Shown: positions 48,677 through 59,119, counted from the first letter of the stretch. The stretch: 64,000 nt of DNA from an uncultured candidate division WWE3 bacterium (GCA_903879985.1 CAIRNR010000007.1:5382-69381); one strand, 5' to 3'. Program-made: numbers and translations. The notes: generated by a model not told the origin, from the letters alone.

Positions 48677-49582
48677 CTACATCGTCTCTAATCGACGTAT
48701 GCGTTCTTCAATCGGGGGGTGAGTGGAAAATAAATCAGCCATAAACCCTCCGATATTATTTTTTAGGGGATTTGTAATATATAAATGAGCCGTTGCGCCA
48801 TTTGCTTCCGCTATCACGCTATTAGCACCAGCTAACTTTTTCAAAGCATTTGCCAAACCCGCAGGATACCTTGTAATAAGTGCCGCAGTTGAATCGGCCA
48901 AATACTCACGGTGACGACTTATTGCCAGCTTTATTAAAGTAGCAATAATCGGACTTAAAATTACAAAAAAGATCCCAATTAACAATAAAAATCCCCCACC
49001 CTCAGAATCATTACCTCGGCGGCGACGTCCACCACCATAAAACATTCCTCTGGTAAACCAATCTGCTAACAAAGTAATAGTTCCAACCAATACACTGACA
49101 ATAGACATTAAACGTATATCGTAATTTCCAATATGTGACATTTCATGCGCTACAACACCTTCGAGTTCGCGCTTTTCCATGTTCGAAACAATTCCGGATG
49201 TAAAGCAAATTGCCGCATGATTTGGATCACGACCAGTGGCAAATGCGTTCATAGCAGAATCATAAATAATATATACCCTAGGTTTTGGAATACCCGAGGC
49301 AATAGACATATTTTCTACTAAATTATGTAGGTCTGGAGCTTGTGCAGGTGTAACTTCGTGTGCACCAGATATGGCCAACACTATTTTGTCGGAATTGTAA
49401 TAAGAAACCCAACTGGATATTCCGGAAACTATTAAAGCCAAGCCAGTAAAACCAAAACCATTGTCACCGAAAAAATAGTAGCCAATAAACCAACCAACAA
49501 AACTTACAACGGCTACAAAAGCAACCATAATAACAACGGTATCACGCTTATTAGAATCGATATTCTGATAGATATTTGGCAT
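48677..49582 (-). CDS. htpX: M48 family zinc protease HtpX
   Basis: 'HEMSHI' is the HExxH motif. It has N-terminal TM helices and a Gly/Arg-rich C-terminal tail. Confidence 0.8.
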   Translation of the reverse strand: MPNIYQNIDSNKRDTVVIMVAFVAVVSFVGWFIGYYFFGDNGFGFTGLALIVSGISSWVSYYNSDKIVLAISGAHEVTPAQAPDLHNLVENMSIASGIPKPRVYIIYDSAMNAFATGRDPNHAAICFTSGIVSNMEKRELEGVVAHEMSHIGNYDIRLMSIVSVLVGTITLLADWFTRGMFYGGGRRRRGNDSEGGGFLLLIGIFFVILSPIIATLIKLAISRHREYLADSTAALITRYPAGLANALKKLAGANSVIAEANGATAHLYITNPLKNNIGGFMADLFSTHPPIEERIRRLETM

Positions 49583-49602
49583 CAGTTAACTCGTTAAACT
49601 CT

Positions 49603-50148
49603 TTAGAACTGAACTTTAACGGCCTCTCGTTCGGCAGGTTGAGCTTCAAAAAAAGCTTCTTCTTTGTAACCAAACATTGATGCTAAAAGGTTGCTTGGGA
49701 ACATAACAAGCTTCTCGTTATATTCTCTAACAACAGAGTTATAAAATTGTCTTGAATAGGACACTTTATCTTCGGTATCAGAAAGTTCTTTTTGCAAGTT
49801 TATAAAGCCGTCTTGAGCTTTAAGTTCAGGATAAGCTTCGGCAACAGCAAACAAAGATTTTAATGCACCGGACAGTTGGTTGTTAGCCTGATCAGCTTGT
49901 GTTGGTGTTGTAGCAGACATCAATGACGCACGAGCTTGTGTAACGTTTTCGAATACTTCTTTTTCGTGCGTGGCATAACCTTTTACGGTTTCAACAAGGT
50001 TTGGGATTAAATCTATACGGCGTTTAAGTTGAACGTCTATTTGACTCCAAGCTTCTTTAATTTTTACCTTTAAAGAGGCCAAAGAATTATATACAGACCA
50101 GACGAAGAGTAAGGCGATTGCTATTAGCGCTAAAAGTATAATCATCAT
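49603..50148 (-). CDS. lemA: LemA family protein
   Basis: An N-terminal TM helix plus the conserved 'YNSLASLKVKIKEAWSQIDVQLKRRIDLIPNLVE' block. Confidence 0.75.
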   Translation of the reverse strand: MMIILLALIAIALLFVWSVYNSLASLKVKIKEAWSQIDVQLKRRIDLIPNLVETVKGYATHEKEVFENVTQARASLMSATTPTQADQANNQLSGALKSLFAVAEAYPELKAQDGFINLQKELSDTEDKVSYSRQFYNSVVREYNEKLVMFPSNLLASMFGYKEEAFFEAQPAEREAVKVQF

Positions 50149-50230
50149 TTATTTTCCTCCAAATTTATAGATACTGAATGTATTTTACTCTCGTGTCTGA
50201 GATTTTGCACAAGTGGGTTATAAAGAAGTT

Positions 50231-51988
50231 CTAAAGATTTCTAACGTTTAACGCCTTAACAAAATCCTCAAAATGAAGCGTATTAATAACATTCTGCTTT
50301 TCGGCCCAACCTCGACGGGCATCATCTATTCCACACTTTGTAAAATAAAGCTGATCTATAGCGTGGGCATCACTACTTAAAATCATTTTTACATCCCAGC
50401 TTATTGCTTCCTTAATAAGGTCGTCGGTTAAATCAAGGCGGTCGGGTTGCGAATCTATTTCCAAAATTTTTCCGTTATCACGTGCGGCTTCAAAAATTTT
50501 ATTCCAGTTTGGATCTACGGGATCACGTTTGTTTATAAGTCTACCCGAAGGGTGTGCCAAAATATTTATGTAAGGATTTTCAAGCGCACATATCAAACGT
50601 TTTGTCACAGTATCGCGATCTTGGTCAAAAGATGTGTGAATTCCGGCAATAGCGTAATCCAATAGTTTTAAAAGTTCGTCGGGCAAACCTAACGTAGCAT
50701 CAGCTAATATATTTACCTCATAACCAAACAAAACTTTAATCTTATTTTGTTTTTTGTTTATAGCATCAATCATTTGACGTTTTTTATGTACTACTGCTGC
50801 CACCTCGTCAAAACCACGACTCATAACACTTGGCGCGTGATCGGAAATTCCAATATATTCGTAACCCATATGAATTGCTGCTTCCACCATTTCTTCAAGA
50901 GTAGCCAATCCATCGGAATCGGTTGTGTGAGTATGAACATCCCCTCGAATATCTTTAAGTTCTATTAACTTTGGTAACTTGTTGACTTTTGCGGCCTCTA
51001 TCTCACCGTGACCACTACGAAGCTCGGGCGGAATTAAAGGTAAACCCAAATGGTTATAAAACTTTTCCTCAGTATCAAACTGCAATAGCTCGTCGTTTTG
51101 CTTAATGCCGTACTCAGACAAAGACATCTTTTTTTCTAAAGAATAACTGCGTAACAAAATGTTGTGCTGTTTTGATCCAGTTGAATATTGCAACATTGCG
51201 CCGTAAGCCTCGGGTTCGGTAACACGAACGTCAACTTGCATTCCGTTTGTTAAAACAACACTCGTTTTTTTGTCACCAACAACTAAGGTTTCAGCAATTT
51301 CCGGAAATTTTGCGAAGTGTTCAAAAATTTTAGCTGGTTCGCGTGTGGAAATAATAAAATCCAAATCACCTACCGTTGGGCTACGACGACGAAAAGAACC
51401 TGTGGACTCGATTTGCAGAACACAATCAAGCTCTTTCATGTATTCATATACACGGAAAACAATTTCTTCGGCTCTAACTAATAAAGTTCGTTCTTTTTCG
51501 TTCTTGGTCATTTTTAACTGATCAACCGATTCCAAAATATCTTTTTCTGATTTTTCACCAAACCCTTCGATTTTTTGAACTTCACCCTTTAAAGCGTGCT
51601 CTTTTAATTTTTCTATAGCTGTTTCTCGAGAATTTAACTTAAACGCCATCGCCAACTTAAATGCTTTTCGAGCACCAATACCACGAATGCCTATTAGCGA
51701 AAACATTCCTTGAGGTAAATCTTTTTGAGCTTCTTCAAATTCCACAACTTTTCCGGTTGTAAACAATTCGTTTAAATGGCCTTGTAACGCAGGTCCAACC
51801 CCTGGAATATCTCCAAGCTTTTTGTTTTCCCACATATCGTAAATGGAAACTGTTAAGTTGTCTAAGATTGAAATGGCATTTTGATAAGCCCGTACGCGGA
51901 AAACGTTGTAATTCTTAACGTCCATAACGGCGAGCATCTCTTTTAATAGCAATATGACTTCTTTATTGGACAAACGATAGTTCGTCAT
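50231..51988 (-). CDS. DNA polymerase X family protein with C-terminal PHP phosphoesterase domain
   Basis: The Pol-beta-like HhH and palm regions are followed by the PHP motif 'HTHTTDSDG'. Confidence 0.8.
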   Translation of the reverse strand: MTNYRLSNKEVILLLKEMLAVMDVKNYNVFRVRAYQNAISILDNLTVSIYDMWENKKLGDIPGVGPALQGHLNELFTTGKVVEFEEAQKDLPQGMFSLIGIRGIGARKAFKLAMAFKLNSRETAIEKLKEHALKGEVQKIEGFGEKSEKDILESVDQLKMTKNEKERTLLVRAEEIVFRVYEYMKELDCVLQIESTGSFRRRSPTVGDLDFIISTREPAKIFEHFAKFPEIAETLVVGDKKTSVVLTNGMQVDVRVTEPEAYGAMLQYSTGSKQHNILLRSYSLEKKMSLSEYGIKQNDELLQFDTEEKFYNHLGLPLIPPELRSGHGEIEAAKVNKLPKLIELKDIRGDVHTHTTDSDGLATLEEMVEAAIHMGYEYIGISDHAPSVMSRGFDEVAAVVHKKRQMIDAINKKQNKIKVLFGYEVNILADATLGLPDELLKLLDYAIAGIHTSFDQDRDTVTKRLICALENPYINILAHPSGRLINKRDPVDPNWNKIFEAARDNGKILEIDSQPDRLDLTDDLIKEAISWDVKMILSSDAHAIDQLYFTKCGIDDARRGWAEKQNVINTLHFEDFVKALNVRNL

Positions 51989-51991
51989 TGC

Positions 51992-52711
51992 TTATATTTT
52001 AGCATCCAGCAAGGCTTTGATGTAATCGTATTCCTTTTTAATGTCCTCTTTGGTTGTCGTACTTACACTTTCTATTATTATTGGAATATTTGTCGGGAAT
52101 TTAAACGACATTATGTTTGAATCAGGCTTACTTAGTATAAGATGATGATTACCTTGTGCCTGCGTTACAAAACTGAGATGAAAGTGAGCCAGACGTGCTC
52201 CAAAGTGCTCTAAGAAGTCGGCGCTAAGCTGCATTGTTGGATCAACAGTATGAGCATGGCCTAAATCTAAAACCAATTTTGCAGATGGGCAAATTTCGAA
52301 AACTTTAGCCATTTGATCAACGTTGTTATAACCCTTTTGTCTAACATCCATATTTTCAAAGGCCGCCAACGAACCTAGGGAACTTTCAACAAGTTTAAGG
52401 TTTGTAGTCTCGTTTGGGTGTAAAACAATTGCTTTTGCCTTTAACAGCTTAGCTAATTCTTTAAGTTCGGCCACTTGTTCTGTAACATTGCCAACTTCAT
52501 AAAGTTGTTTTGGAGCATGAATGGAAACGTACTTAAAAGTTTGAATAACCTTGAGAAGCGCTGAACTTGGATACCAACTTAACATGTCTACCGTGGGCAG
52601 ATTAATTTCAAGCGCATCCGTAGAAATACCACTATAGAAGCGGATACGTTCTTCGTATTGTTGCATCAACTTCCATAAGCAACCCGTAGAAAACCCCAAA
52701 GGATAGGACAT
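51992..52711 (-). CDS. TIM-barrel sugar-phosphate isomerase/endonuclease IV-like protein
   Basis: 239 aa with weak resemblance to the xylose-isomerase-like fold. It is co-directional with PolX. Confidence 0.35.
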   Translation of the reverse strand: MSYPLGFSTGCLWKLMQQYEERIRFYSGISTDALEINLPTVDMLSWYPSSALLKVIQTFKYVSIHAPKQLYEVGNVTEQVAELKELAKLLKAKAIVLHPNETTNLKLVESSLGSLAAFENMDVRQKGYNNVDQMAKVFEICPSAKLVLDLGHAHTVDPTMQLSADFLEHFGARLAHFHLSFVTQAQGNHHLILSKPDSNIMSFKFPTNIPIIIESVSTTTKEDIKKEYDYIKALLDAKI

Positions 52712-52841
52712 TTCTTCACGATAACACAGTTACGCCAAAACCTGAACTATTATTGACCTGTCAAGGTTTTGTTGATAACATAAGGCCAATTGCGAGGTTC
52801 GCGAGTTGAGGAATTGCGCAAAAAAGTGAGTTTTGGTTCAT

Positions 52842-52918
52842 GGGGTCGTAGCTCAGCTGGTTAGAGCGCCGCACTGTCACTGCGGAGGTCGCGGGTCCGA
52901 GTCCCGTCGATCCCGCCA
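52842..52918 (+). tRNA. tRNA-Asp (GTC)
   Basis: Acceptor GGGGTCG/CGATCCC, anticodon loop CTGTCAC, discriminator G, and an encoded CCA. It is followed by an 11-bp-stem hairpin at 52914..52945. Confidence 0.85.
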
Positions 52919-53090
52919 GAAATTATGCACAGCAAATTTCTGGCGTGTGTTTAGATGTCCAAAAATTATTGCCTACTGGCAAACTTTTGGCGTGAATTTA
53001 AGTCAGATCGTTTTTGAGGCCAAGTTTTTTAACTTGTTTTCGTTCTGCCTAATAAAACCAAGTTATACACAAATAAGGAGGTGTATTTAG

Positions 53091-53603
53091 TTGGCAGACA
53101 ATAAAAGTCACGTAAAGCAAACCCCATCGAAAGACGGAATAGCTCTTGTAGTAGGAGCCCTTTTTATACTCTCTCTAGTTTTCGCAGCATACAATTACTT
53201 TAATAGAAATAACGATAAAACGGTAACGGTTGTAGACGATAATCAAAATGTTGTTACAAAAACAAAACCCACAGGAACTGTAGGAGATAAAGCAGCAGTA
53301 GATACCAAAACAGCTCAAGCTAAACAACAGGCAACAACAGCCGAAAAACAAAACGCAACAGTAACAACAACCACACCAGCATCAACAGGAGCTTGGGTAG
53401 CAAATAACTACAAACCAGGTGATATTAAAGGTGGATCTTATACCGTAGTTAAAGGCGACACACTTTGGGAAATCGCAGAAGCAGCTTATGGCGACGGAAG
53501 AATGTGGACCAAAATCCGAGATGCAAACTTGGATCAAATCCAAACGTTACCAAATGGTACCAAAGCTTTAATTAAACCGGGTCAAAAGTTAGTTCTACCT
53601 TAG
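53091..53603 (+). CDS. LysM-domain protein (N-terminal TM + Thr/Ala-rich linker + C-terminal LysM)
   Basis: 'YTVVKGDTLWEIAEAAYGDGRMWTKIRDAN' is a LysM motif. Confidence 0.7.
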   Translation: MADNKSHVKQTPSKDGIALVVGALFILSLVFAAYNYFNRNNDKTVTVVDDNQNVVTKTKPTGTVGDKAAVDTKTAQAKQQATTAEKQNATVTTTTPASTGAWVANNYKPGDIKGGSYTVVKGDTLWEIAEAAYGDGRMWTKIRDANLDQIQTLPNGTKALIKPGQKLVLP

Positions 53604-53759
53604 GACTATTGATTGAGAAAACTGAGCACTGCGGCCGCGGTGCGTAACAGACAAAAATAATTTTTAATATGTGATAGGTGTTCCCACTGACGATGCACAA
53701 GGTGGGAACATTTGTTGCTATAATAAAAACGCACGTGGCGCATAGTATATACGAGCTTT

Positions 53760-53834
53760 GCGGATGTAGTTCAGTGGTAGAATGCCTCCTTCCCAAGGAG
53801 GAGATCGCGGGTTCGAGTCCCGTCATCCGCTCCA
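53760..53834 (+). tRNA. tRNA-Gly (CCC)
   Basis: Acceptor GCGGATG/CATCCGC, anticodon loop TTCCCAA, T-arm GCGGGTTCGAGTCCCGT, and an encoded CCA. Confidence 0.85.
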
Positions 53835-53979
53835 AATACTGGTTGGTACCTTTAGGTAACAAACAGGATTTTGAAACTGTAAGGGACGAGAAAGCCGGAG
53901 GAAGCGTAAGCGCCCGAGGCGGGGTCGAATGCTTTTGTGTGTTGTGAGTGAAACGAACTACAAACAAAAGACATGTGAC

Positions 53980-54002
53980 CGAGTCCCGTCATCCGCTCCA
54001 AA
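53980..54002 (+). repeat. 23-bp direct repeat of the tRNA-Gly 3' end (CGAGTCCCGTCATCCGCTCCAAA), 143 bp downstream
   Basis: Exact duplicate of 53814..53836. Confidence 0.7.
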
Positions 54003-54004
54003 CT

Positions 54005-54559
54005 ATGAAACAGCAGATAACACTAAAATACACAGAAAAACCTACCGAAACAGATTTTGCCAAGTATAACGAATTTGCCGCAAAAAACTGGGGCAAAAGT
54101 AATGACTCAGCGGAAGATGCTGCAAAAAATTTCTTTGATAAAAACAAATCTGTTGTTACTGCCTATATAAACTACGAACTTGTAGGATTATGTTTCATCC
54201 ATTTTAGAACAACTAATTTTAACGGTAAGAATATTTCTTTTGCGGGTATCGGCGGCGTTGTTACACATAAAGAATTTAGACATAAAGGCATAGCAACTAA
54301 GCTACTACAAGAAGCAATCCAAAAAATGCAGGATAAAGTTGTGGATATAGCATTATTAGCAACTGACATTCCGCGATTAGGGAAATTGTATTCAATCGTA
54401 GGATTTGTTCCGTTGAAAAATACTTATGTTTTTGATGATATTAATGACGTAAGAAAACCGGACCCAGGTGGAATGATTGCCCCGATTTGTTCTCCAGAAA
54501 TCTATAGCGAAATAGTTAATTCTCCAGAAGCGTTATTTGTTGGAAAAAGCGCTTTTTAA
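54005..54559 (+). CDS. GNAT family N-acetyltransferase
   Basis: 'FRHKGIATKLLQEAIQ' is the acetyl-CoA binding motif A. The start is placed at the ATG after the tRNA-Gly repeat. Confidence 0.6.
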   Translation: MKQQITLKYTEKPTETDFAKYNEFAAKNWGKSNDSAEDAAKNFFDKNKSVVTAYINYELVGLCFIHFRTTNFNGKNISFAGIGGVVTHKEFRHKGIATKLLQEAIQKMQDKVVDIALLATDIPRLGKLYSIVGFVPLKNTYVFDDINDVRKPDPGGMIAPICSPEIYSEIVNSPEALFVGKSAF

Positions 54560-54603
54560 TCTTTTCCATACGCGGGTGTTGCTCCATGACGCGTTAAGAG
54601 AAA

Positions 54604-54936
54604 TTACTTTTTAATAACAAAGCCATCATACATAACAATCAGAGTTGTACCCAATAATCCCCAGTAAATAGGCATATACACGGGAATACCATAAAATTGT
54701 GGATTAGTGTAAAACCATGCGTGTGCAAAATTAACTAATAAAATTTCTGCAAGCGCTCCTCCAAAAAATAATACACCAAACCACAATGCTTCTTTCTTAA
54801 TTGGATAGAAATAATGCTTAGTTAACGAAATAACCAACAACAAAATCGAAAGCATAACTGTAAATCCATGCAAAAAAAGTATACTCAATGTTGCAAAAAT
54901 TATAACAATCAGAGAAGCAAAAAATTTAATATTCAT
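54604..54936 (-). CDS. small membrane protein (110 aa)
   Basis: Four TM helices. Confidence 0.4.
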   Translation of the reverse strand: MNIKFFASLIVIIFATLSILFLHGFTVMLSILLLVISLTKHYFYPIKKEALWFGVLFFGGALAEILLVNFAHAWFYTNPQFYGIPVYMPIYWGLLGTTLIVMYDGFVIKK

Positions 54937-54993
54937 AGTGTTTATGATAGCTTAACTATAAAGCAAAACCAAAACAGTTTCAAAAAAATCCGA

Positions 54994-55302
54994 TCAACGA
55001 AAAAAATACGGACGCCACCTCATATATAAAGAGATAACATCCGTAGGGTAAAAAAGCATTATCCTGTCAGCTGACCCTTGTAGCCGTCGCTCGCAAAAAT
55101 ATCCAAGAATACAGCGGCGATCAGTATCCTCGGGTTTTACTGTAAACTTTTTACCCGGAAGTGCGTTCAACAGATCTTCCAAAAATTGAATGTCTGCTGG
55201 GGACCTCGCGGGCCACGAAAAGCTTATGGGTATACTTTTACCTACTGGTAAATCAATAAGCCGGCTATCTCGCATAAGATAGTCAAAACCGGCATGATTC
55301 AT
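54994..55302 (-). CDS. hypothetical protein (102 aa), GC-rich
   Basis: The ORF is open, with no family assignment. Confidence 0.3.
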   Translation of the reverse strand: MNHAGFDYLMRDSRLIDLPVGKSIPISFSWPARSPADIQFLEDLLNALPGKKFTVKPEDTDRRCILGYFCERRLQGSADRIMLFYPTDVISLYMRWRPYFFR

Positions 55303-55460
55303 AGCACAAATCTCCTTTTTTACTAAACTTATAGCATTTTACAGGCAAGCTTCTTAAAACACAAATCCAAGACTGAGAATCCTAAATGGTATAATGCATC
55401 ATTATATAAATTAAGACTAAAGGTAGCGAAGAAAAACTACCGGCATCTGGAAAGTTAAAC

Positions 55461-56933
55461 ATGACAGAAAATAAAGGATTAAATGCGCTTAAACCGCATG
55501 AAGTATTTAAGGGCGACGTAAAGATAATTAAAAAGAGTAAACCCGGACCAGTAGTATTTATTGTAACCAACGGTATTGGTGCCGCCGAAGCTGTAAAAAA
55601 AGACTCCGACTTTAAAGTTGGCGACGTAGTTTACATTGAAGGCGAAGTTAACGAACACAAGGGACGAATCCAAATCGAACTTGATGTAATCCAAAATTCC
55701 AACGTAAATTTTGACGAAATAATGATTAATAGAAGTAGACCTACTAGAACTGAGTTTAGTATTCCTTCTGATCGCTACGAAAAAATGAAAGACGTTATGA
55801 TCGGCATTGCCGCCAGAATACGCTTAGCAATACTCGAAGGTCAGCCGATCATGATTAGACATCACAACGATTCCGATGGTATTTCCTCAGGACTTAGTTT
55901 AGAACACGCATGTTTAGGATTAATGCAAGAACTTGGTATCGATTCAAGATATTTACTATTTAGAAGTCCTTCGAAAGCTCCATATTATTCCGCCGGAGAC
56001 GTACTGCGAGATATGGTTTTATCTAAAAGATTTATAGAAGAAGAATCAAACGTGACACCATTAATAATAGTTGCCGATAACGGTTCAACTCCTGAAGATG
56101 CTTTTGGTTTAAACATATTAAAAACTCTTGGATACGAAGCCATGGTTATAGACCATCACAACCCAGTTGTACTTAACAACGGCATCACATCGGTTGATGG
56201 TTACTTATCACATCATTTAAATCCCTACAAATTAGGTTTAGACAGCAAAACATCCGCAGGACAACTTTGCTACGAAATTGGTAGATTTGTTTACGAAAAG
56301 TTTGATGAACCAATTATTCCTGCAGTAGCCGGAATCTCTGACCGATGTGACATACCAGAAACAGACAGATACATAGAAAAAACAGGGATGTCCCGAGAAG
56401 AATTAGGCAAAATAGGTACAGCTATCGACTACATTTCATACCAACTAAAGCATGACGCTGGAAAAGGTGTATATGAACAACTTTACCTTAACAATGATTT
56501 TGTTCAGTTAATAAACGCAGAGGTATCAAAGGGTTTTGAATCTCAGCTTCAAAGTACTCTCCCCTACTTAAGAACACAGGAAATTAACGGAATAGTATTT
56601 TCAACAATTGACGTTGAAAAATACACGATGAGATTTACCTATCCAGCTCCAGGATCTGTAATAAGTAGAGTTCACGAAATAACAGCGGCAGAATTTCCAA
56701 ATTCTCCAGTTTTAACATTGGGATATATGTCGGATATGATAATTATTCGTGCCAACAAACCTGTGTTACCAGTTGGAACAATACTTGAGAAGCTAAAAGA
56801 AAAGTTTCCAAACGCTAACGTAGATGGTGGTGGCCACGAAATGGCCGGCACAATACGCTTTGTTACAGCTCATAGAGACAACTTGCTTGAAGAAATTAAA
56901 TCTATGGTAAAAGCTTTGACTGTGACGGAATAG
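55461..56933 (+). CDS. DHH-family phosphoesterase with N-terminal OB-fold (RecJ/GAN-like)
   Basis: Motif I 'HHNDSDGISS' and motif III 'VIDHHNP' are present. A predicted OB-fold region (~aa 20-90) precedes the DHH core. Confidence 0.65.
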   Translation: MTENKGLNALKPHEVFKGDVKIIKKSKPGPVVFIVTNGIGAAEAVKKDSDFKVGDVVYIEGEVNEHKGRIQIELDVIQNSNVNFDEIMINRSRPTRTEFSIPSDRYEKMKDVMIGIAARIRLAILEGQPIMIRHHNDSDGISSGLSLEHACLGLMQELGIDSRYLLFRSPSKAPYYSAGDVLRDMVLSKRFIEEESNVTPLIIVADNGSTPEDAFGLNILKTLGYEAMVIDHHNPVVLNNGITSVDGYLSHHLNPYKLGLDSKTSAGQLCYEIGRFVYEKFDEPIIPAVAGISDRCDIPETDRYIEKTGMSREELGKIGTAIDYISYQLKHDAGKGVYEQLYLNNDFVQLINAEVSKGFESQLQSTLPYLRTQEINGIVFSTIDVEKYTMRFTYPAPGSVISRVHEITAAEFPNSPVLTLGYMSDMIIIRANKPVLPVGTILEKLKEKFPNANVDGGGHEMAGTIRFVTAHRDNLLEEIKSMVKALTVTE

Positions 56934-56953
56934 CCACATATACTTTTAATGTT

Positions 56954-57664
56954 ATGAAAACTGCCCGAGTAAAAACAAAGAATCAAAAAGGAAGTGTTGT
57001 ATTAGTGCTGCTCACCGGGGTTTTAGCGATAGTACTTCTGATTGTAGTTTTTATCAAAATATATCCAATTATTACGCACAAACCGAACGTCCTTACACCA
57101 TCAGTAGTAACAAACGTTATGCCACAGCCAACAGAAAACGTTAACAATGCTAACGCCACACCACAATGGAAATTATTTACCAATACCAAATATAACTACA
57201 TTATCTCTTATCTTGATACCTATAGCGTAGATAAATCAGACGGAAAACCGGGCGATCCTACAACGTCACCTGAAATTCATTTTTCAAGCAACGACACAGG
57301 TTTTGGATTTTCAATAAAAGTTTGGGCAAATCCAGATAACATAACACCAAAAGCATATTTTATTAATGAAATGGCTCAAGAACAAAAGGACCAGGCCGAT
57401 TGCATAAAACAAAATACCGGTAAGGCCTGTATGCCGGTAACTTTAAAAGACCTGGCAAAAACACAATCAGAAACTACGTTAAAAGGATTAAGCGCATATA
57501 AATTTTCGATGTTTAAATTTGACCACTCGGATGAATGTTATATAGTAACAAAAAACCAAAACTTTTATCAGTTATGTTTTGATAACAGCGACCCCAATGA
57601 CCCAGATATCGAAAAGCACGTAAAAATATACAACGAAATGCTTCAATCTTTTAACTTTCTTTAA
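56954..57664 (+). CDS. secreted/membrane-anchored hypothetical protein (236 aa)
   Basis: An N-terminal TM/signal sequence, with no family assigned. Confidence 0.4.
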   Translation: MKTARVKTKNQKGSVVLVLLTGVLAIVLLIVVFIKIYPIITHKPNVLTPSVVTNVMPQPTENVNNANATPQWKLFTNTKYNYIISYLDTYSVDKSDGKPGDPTTSPEIHFSSNDTGFGFSIKVWANPDNITPKAYFINEMAQEQKDQADCIKQNTGKACMPVTLKDLAKTQSETTLKGLSAYKFSMFKFDHSDECYIVTKNQNFYQLCFDNSDPNDPDIEKHVKIYNEMLQSFNFL

Positions 57665-58191
57665 TAAAGTCCCGGATTCTTAAAAGGAATCAGAGCCAAC
57701 ACCACCGCAGGCTCGTAATAAGTCGTACGTGTTATAACATCACCAGTTAAAATACCCACAGAGCCATTTGATTGTTTAGAATTTTCCCGCTTAAATAACA
57801 TATCGTCGGCAACTCCAAGTTCATATCCTGATTTAATTAGTCTAATTATTTCTTTAGGCAGAAAAAATGAACCAGTACGACCTTTACCAACTAAGCCACT
57901 TTTCGACTTAATAACAATCCAAGCGAAAGCTTCCATTTCGCCATTTTTCTCTTCTAAACCACCTTCAAGACCAACCCAAAAATCAGCATCGGGAACAAAT
58001 TTGTGGGCATTTTCTACCCTCGTATAAGCGCCTCTAAGTGTTTCTTCCTCGGACATAGGTTGTGCAGGCACACCCGACTCAACGTTAACTCCTTCTATTT
58101 GAAAAAGTTCTTCCGGAAACATTTTTAAAAAACCTTGCTGTGTTGTATTTATTTTTACGGGATTTTTAGAAGCAACTATAATTCTTTTCAT
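57661..58191 (-). CDS. inosine/xanthosine triphosphatase (YjjX/NTPase_I-T family)
   Basis: Aligns by eye along its whole length with E. coli YjjX: 'VESGVPAQP', 'EETLRGA', 'ADFWVGLEGG'. Confidence 0.7.
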   Translation of the reverse strand: MKRIIVASKNPVKINTTQQGFLKMFPEELFQIEGVNVESGVPAQPMSEEETLRGAYTRVENAHKFVPDADFWVGLEGGLEEKNGEMEAFAWIVIKSKSGLVGKGRTGSFFLPKEIIRLIKSGYELGVADDMLFKRENSKQSNGSVGILTGDVITRTTYYEPAVVLALIPFKNPGLY

Positions 58192-59114
58192 AATACTTTA
58201 GAATTATGCTCAAGCTCAGCAATACGCTTTTTGAGCTCAACCATCTTAATTTCTCTATCTACAAAAACCTTATTGAATCTTAGCAAGTCCTCGTTTTTTT
58301 CTTCAGTTTCTTTTTTCGCCTTTTCTAATGCCGAGTTAAAAGTCGCCTGCTCATCAATTTTCTTACGTAGCTTTAGTAACATAGCGTTAAATGAAGTAGA
58401 AAGACTACCGGTTTCATCATTCATATGCAAAAGATAATCTTTAACGTTAACACTTAGGTCATCATCATCTGCAATTTTTTTCGCAGTATCGGCCAAGGTT
58501 ATGATTGGAGATATAAGTTTATTTGAAAAGACAAAAGCACATCCTACAGCTACCGCTGAAATTAAGAATGAAATTAAGCCAAATGCATATAACAAATTAG
58601 TTTTGGTTTTTTGTATATCCTTTGTAACCGATGCGAGTGTCTTGGTTTCAGTAAGTATTAACACATCAATACTTTGTTGCACATATTCGAACTTTGTAGT
58701 CTCGGCCTGATAAATTTCGGATATTCCAGTTATATCGCCACTTTGGGCTAGCTTATTTTTTGCCAATTCGATTTCCTGAATAATTGTGGACAATGAATTC
58801 TTTGCACTTCTGTATGCAACTATTGATTCCTCAGTTGTATCAGTTTGAGTGTCTAATTTTTTTTCTATACTCTGAATATCATTTATTCTTTGGTAATAAT
58901 TCGAATAATCATTCGACTTAAAACCATTATATGCGTCCTGAACCATTCCGCTTGCAGCGTCACTTAAAGCCTGCTCCTGAACTATATTGTTACTGATTTG
59001 TTCGTATTTGCTTGTTAATGTGTAATCAAAAACTCCAACCAATAATAACAACGTCAACATGATAAAAATGATTGCAATATAGGATACCAGTAGCTTTGTT
59101 TTTATAGAGTTCAT
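58188..59114 (-). CDS. membrane-anchored coiled-coil signalling protein with HAMP domain
   Basis: An N-terminal TM helix, a second TM at ~aa 170, then HAMP-like 'ISPIITLADTAKKIADDDDLSVNV…SFNAM'. Confidence 0.5.
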   Translation of the reverse strand: MNSIKTKLLVSYIAIIFIMLTLLLLVGVFDYTLTSKYEQISNNIVQEQALSDAASGMVQDAYNGFKSNDYSNYYQRINDIQSIEKKLDTQTDTTEESIVAYRSAKNSLSTIIQEIELAKNKLAQSGDITGISEIYQAETTKFEYVQQSIDVLILTETKTLASVTKDIQKTKTNLLYAFGLISFLISAVAVGCAFVFSNKLISPIITLADTAKKIADDDDLSVNVKDYLLHMNDETGSLSTSFNAMLLKLRKKIDEQATFNSALEKAKKETEEKNEDLLRFNKVFVDREIKMVELKKRIAELEHNSKVL

Positions 59115-59119
59115 AAATA

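Noticed and set aside
52833-53090. 85-aa ORF 'MVHGVVAQLVRAPHCHCGG…' on + strand
   Set aside because: It reads straight through tRNA-Asp (52842..52918) and its terminator hairpin. It is an artefact of the tRNA's GC-rich sequence.
53572-53967. ORFs 53572..53967 (-) and 53678..53947 (+)
   Set aside because: They overlap tRNA-Gly and the tRNA 3' repeat/insert. There is no RBS, and their composition is driven by the tRNA sequence.
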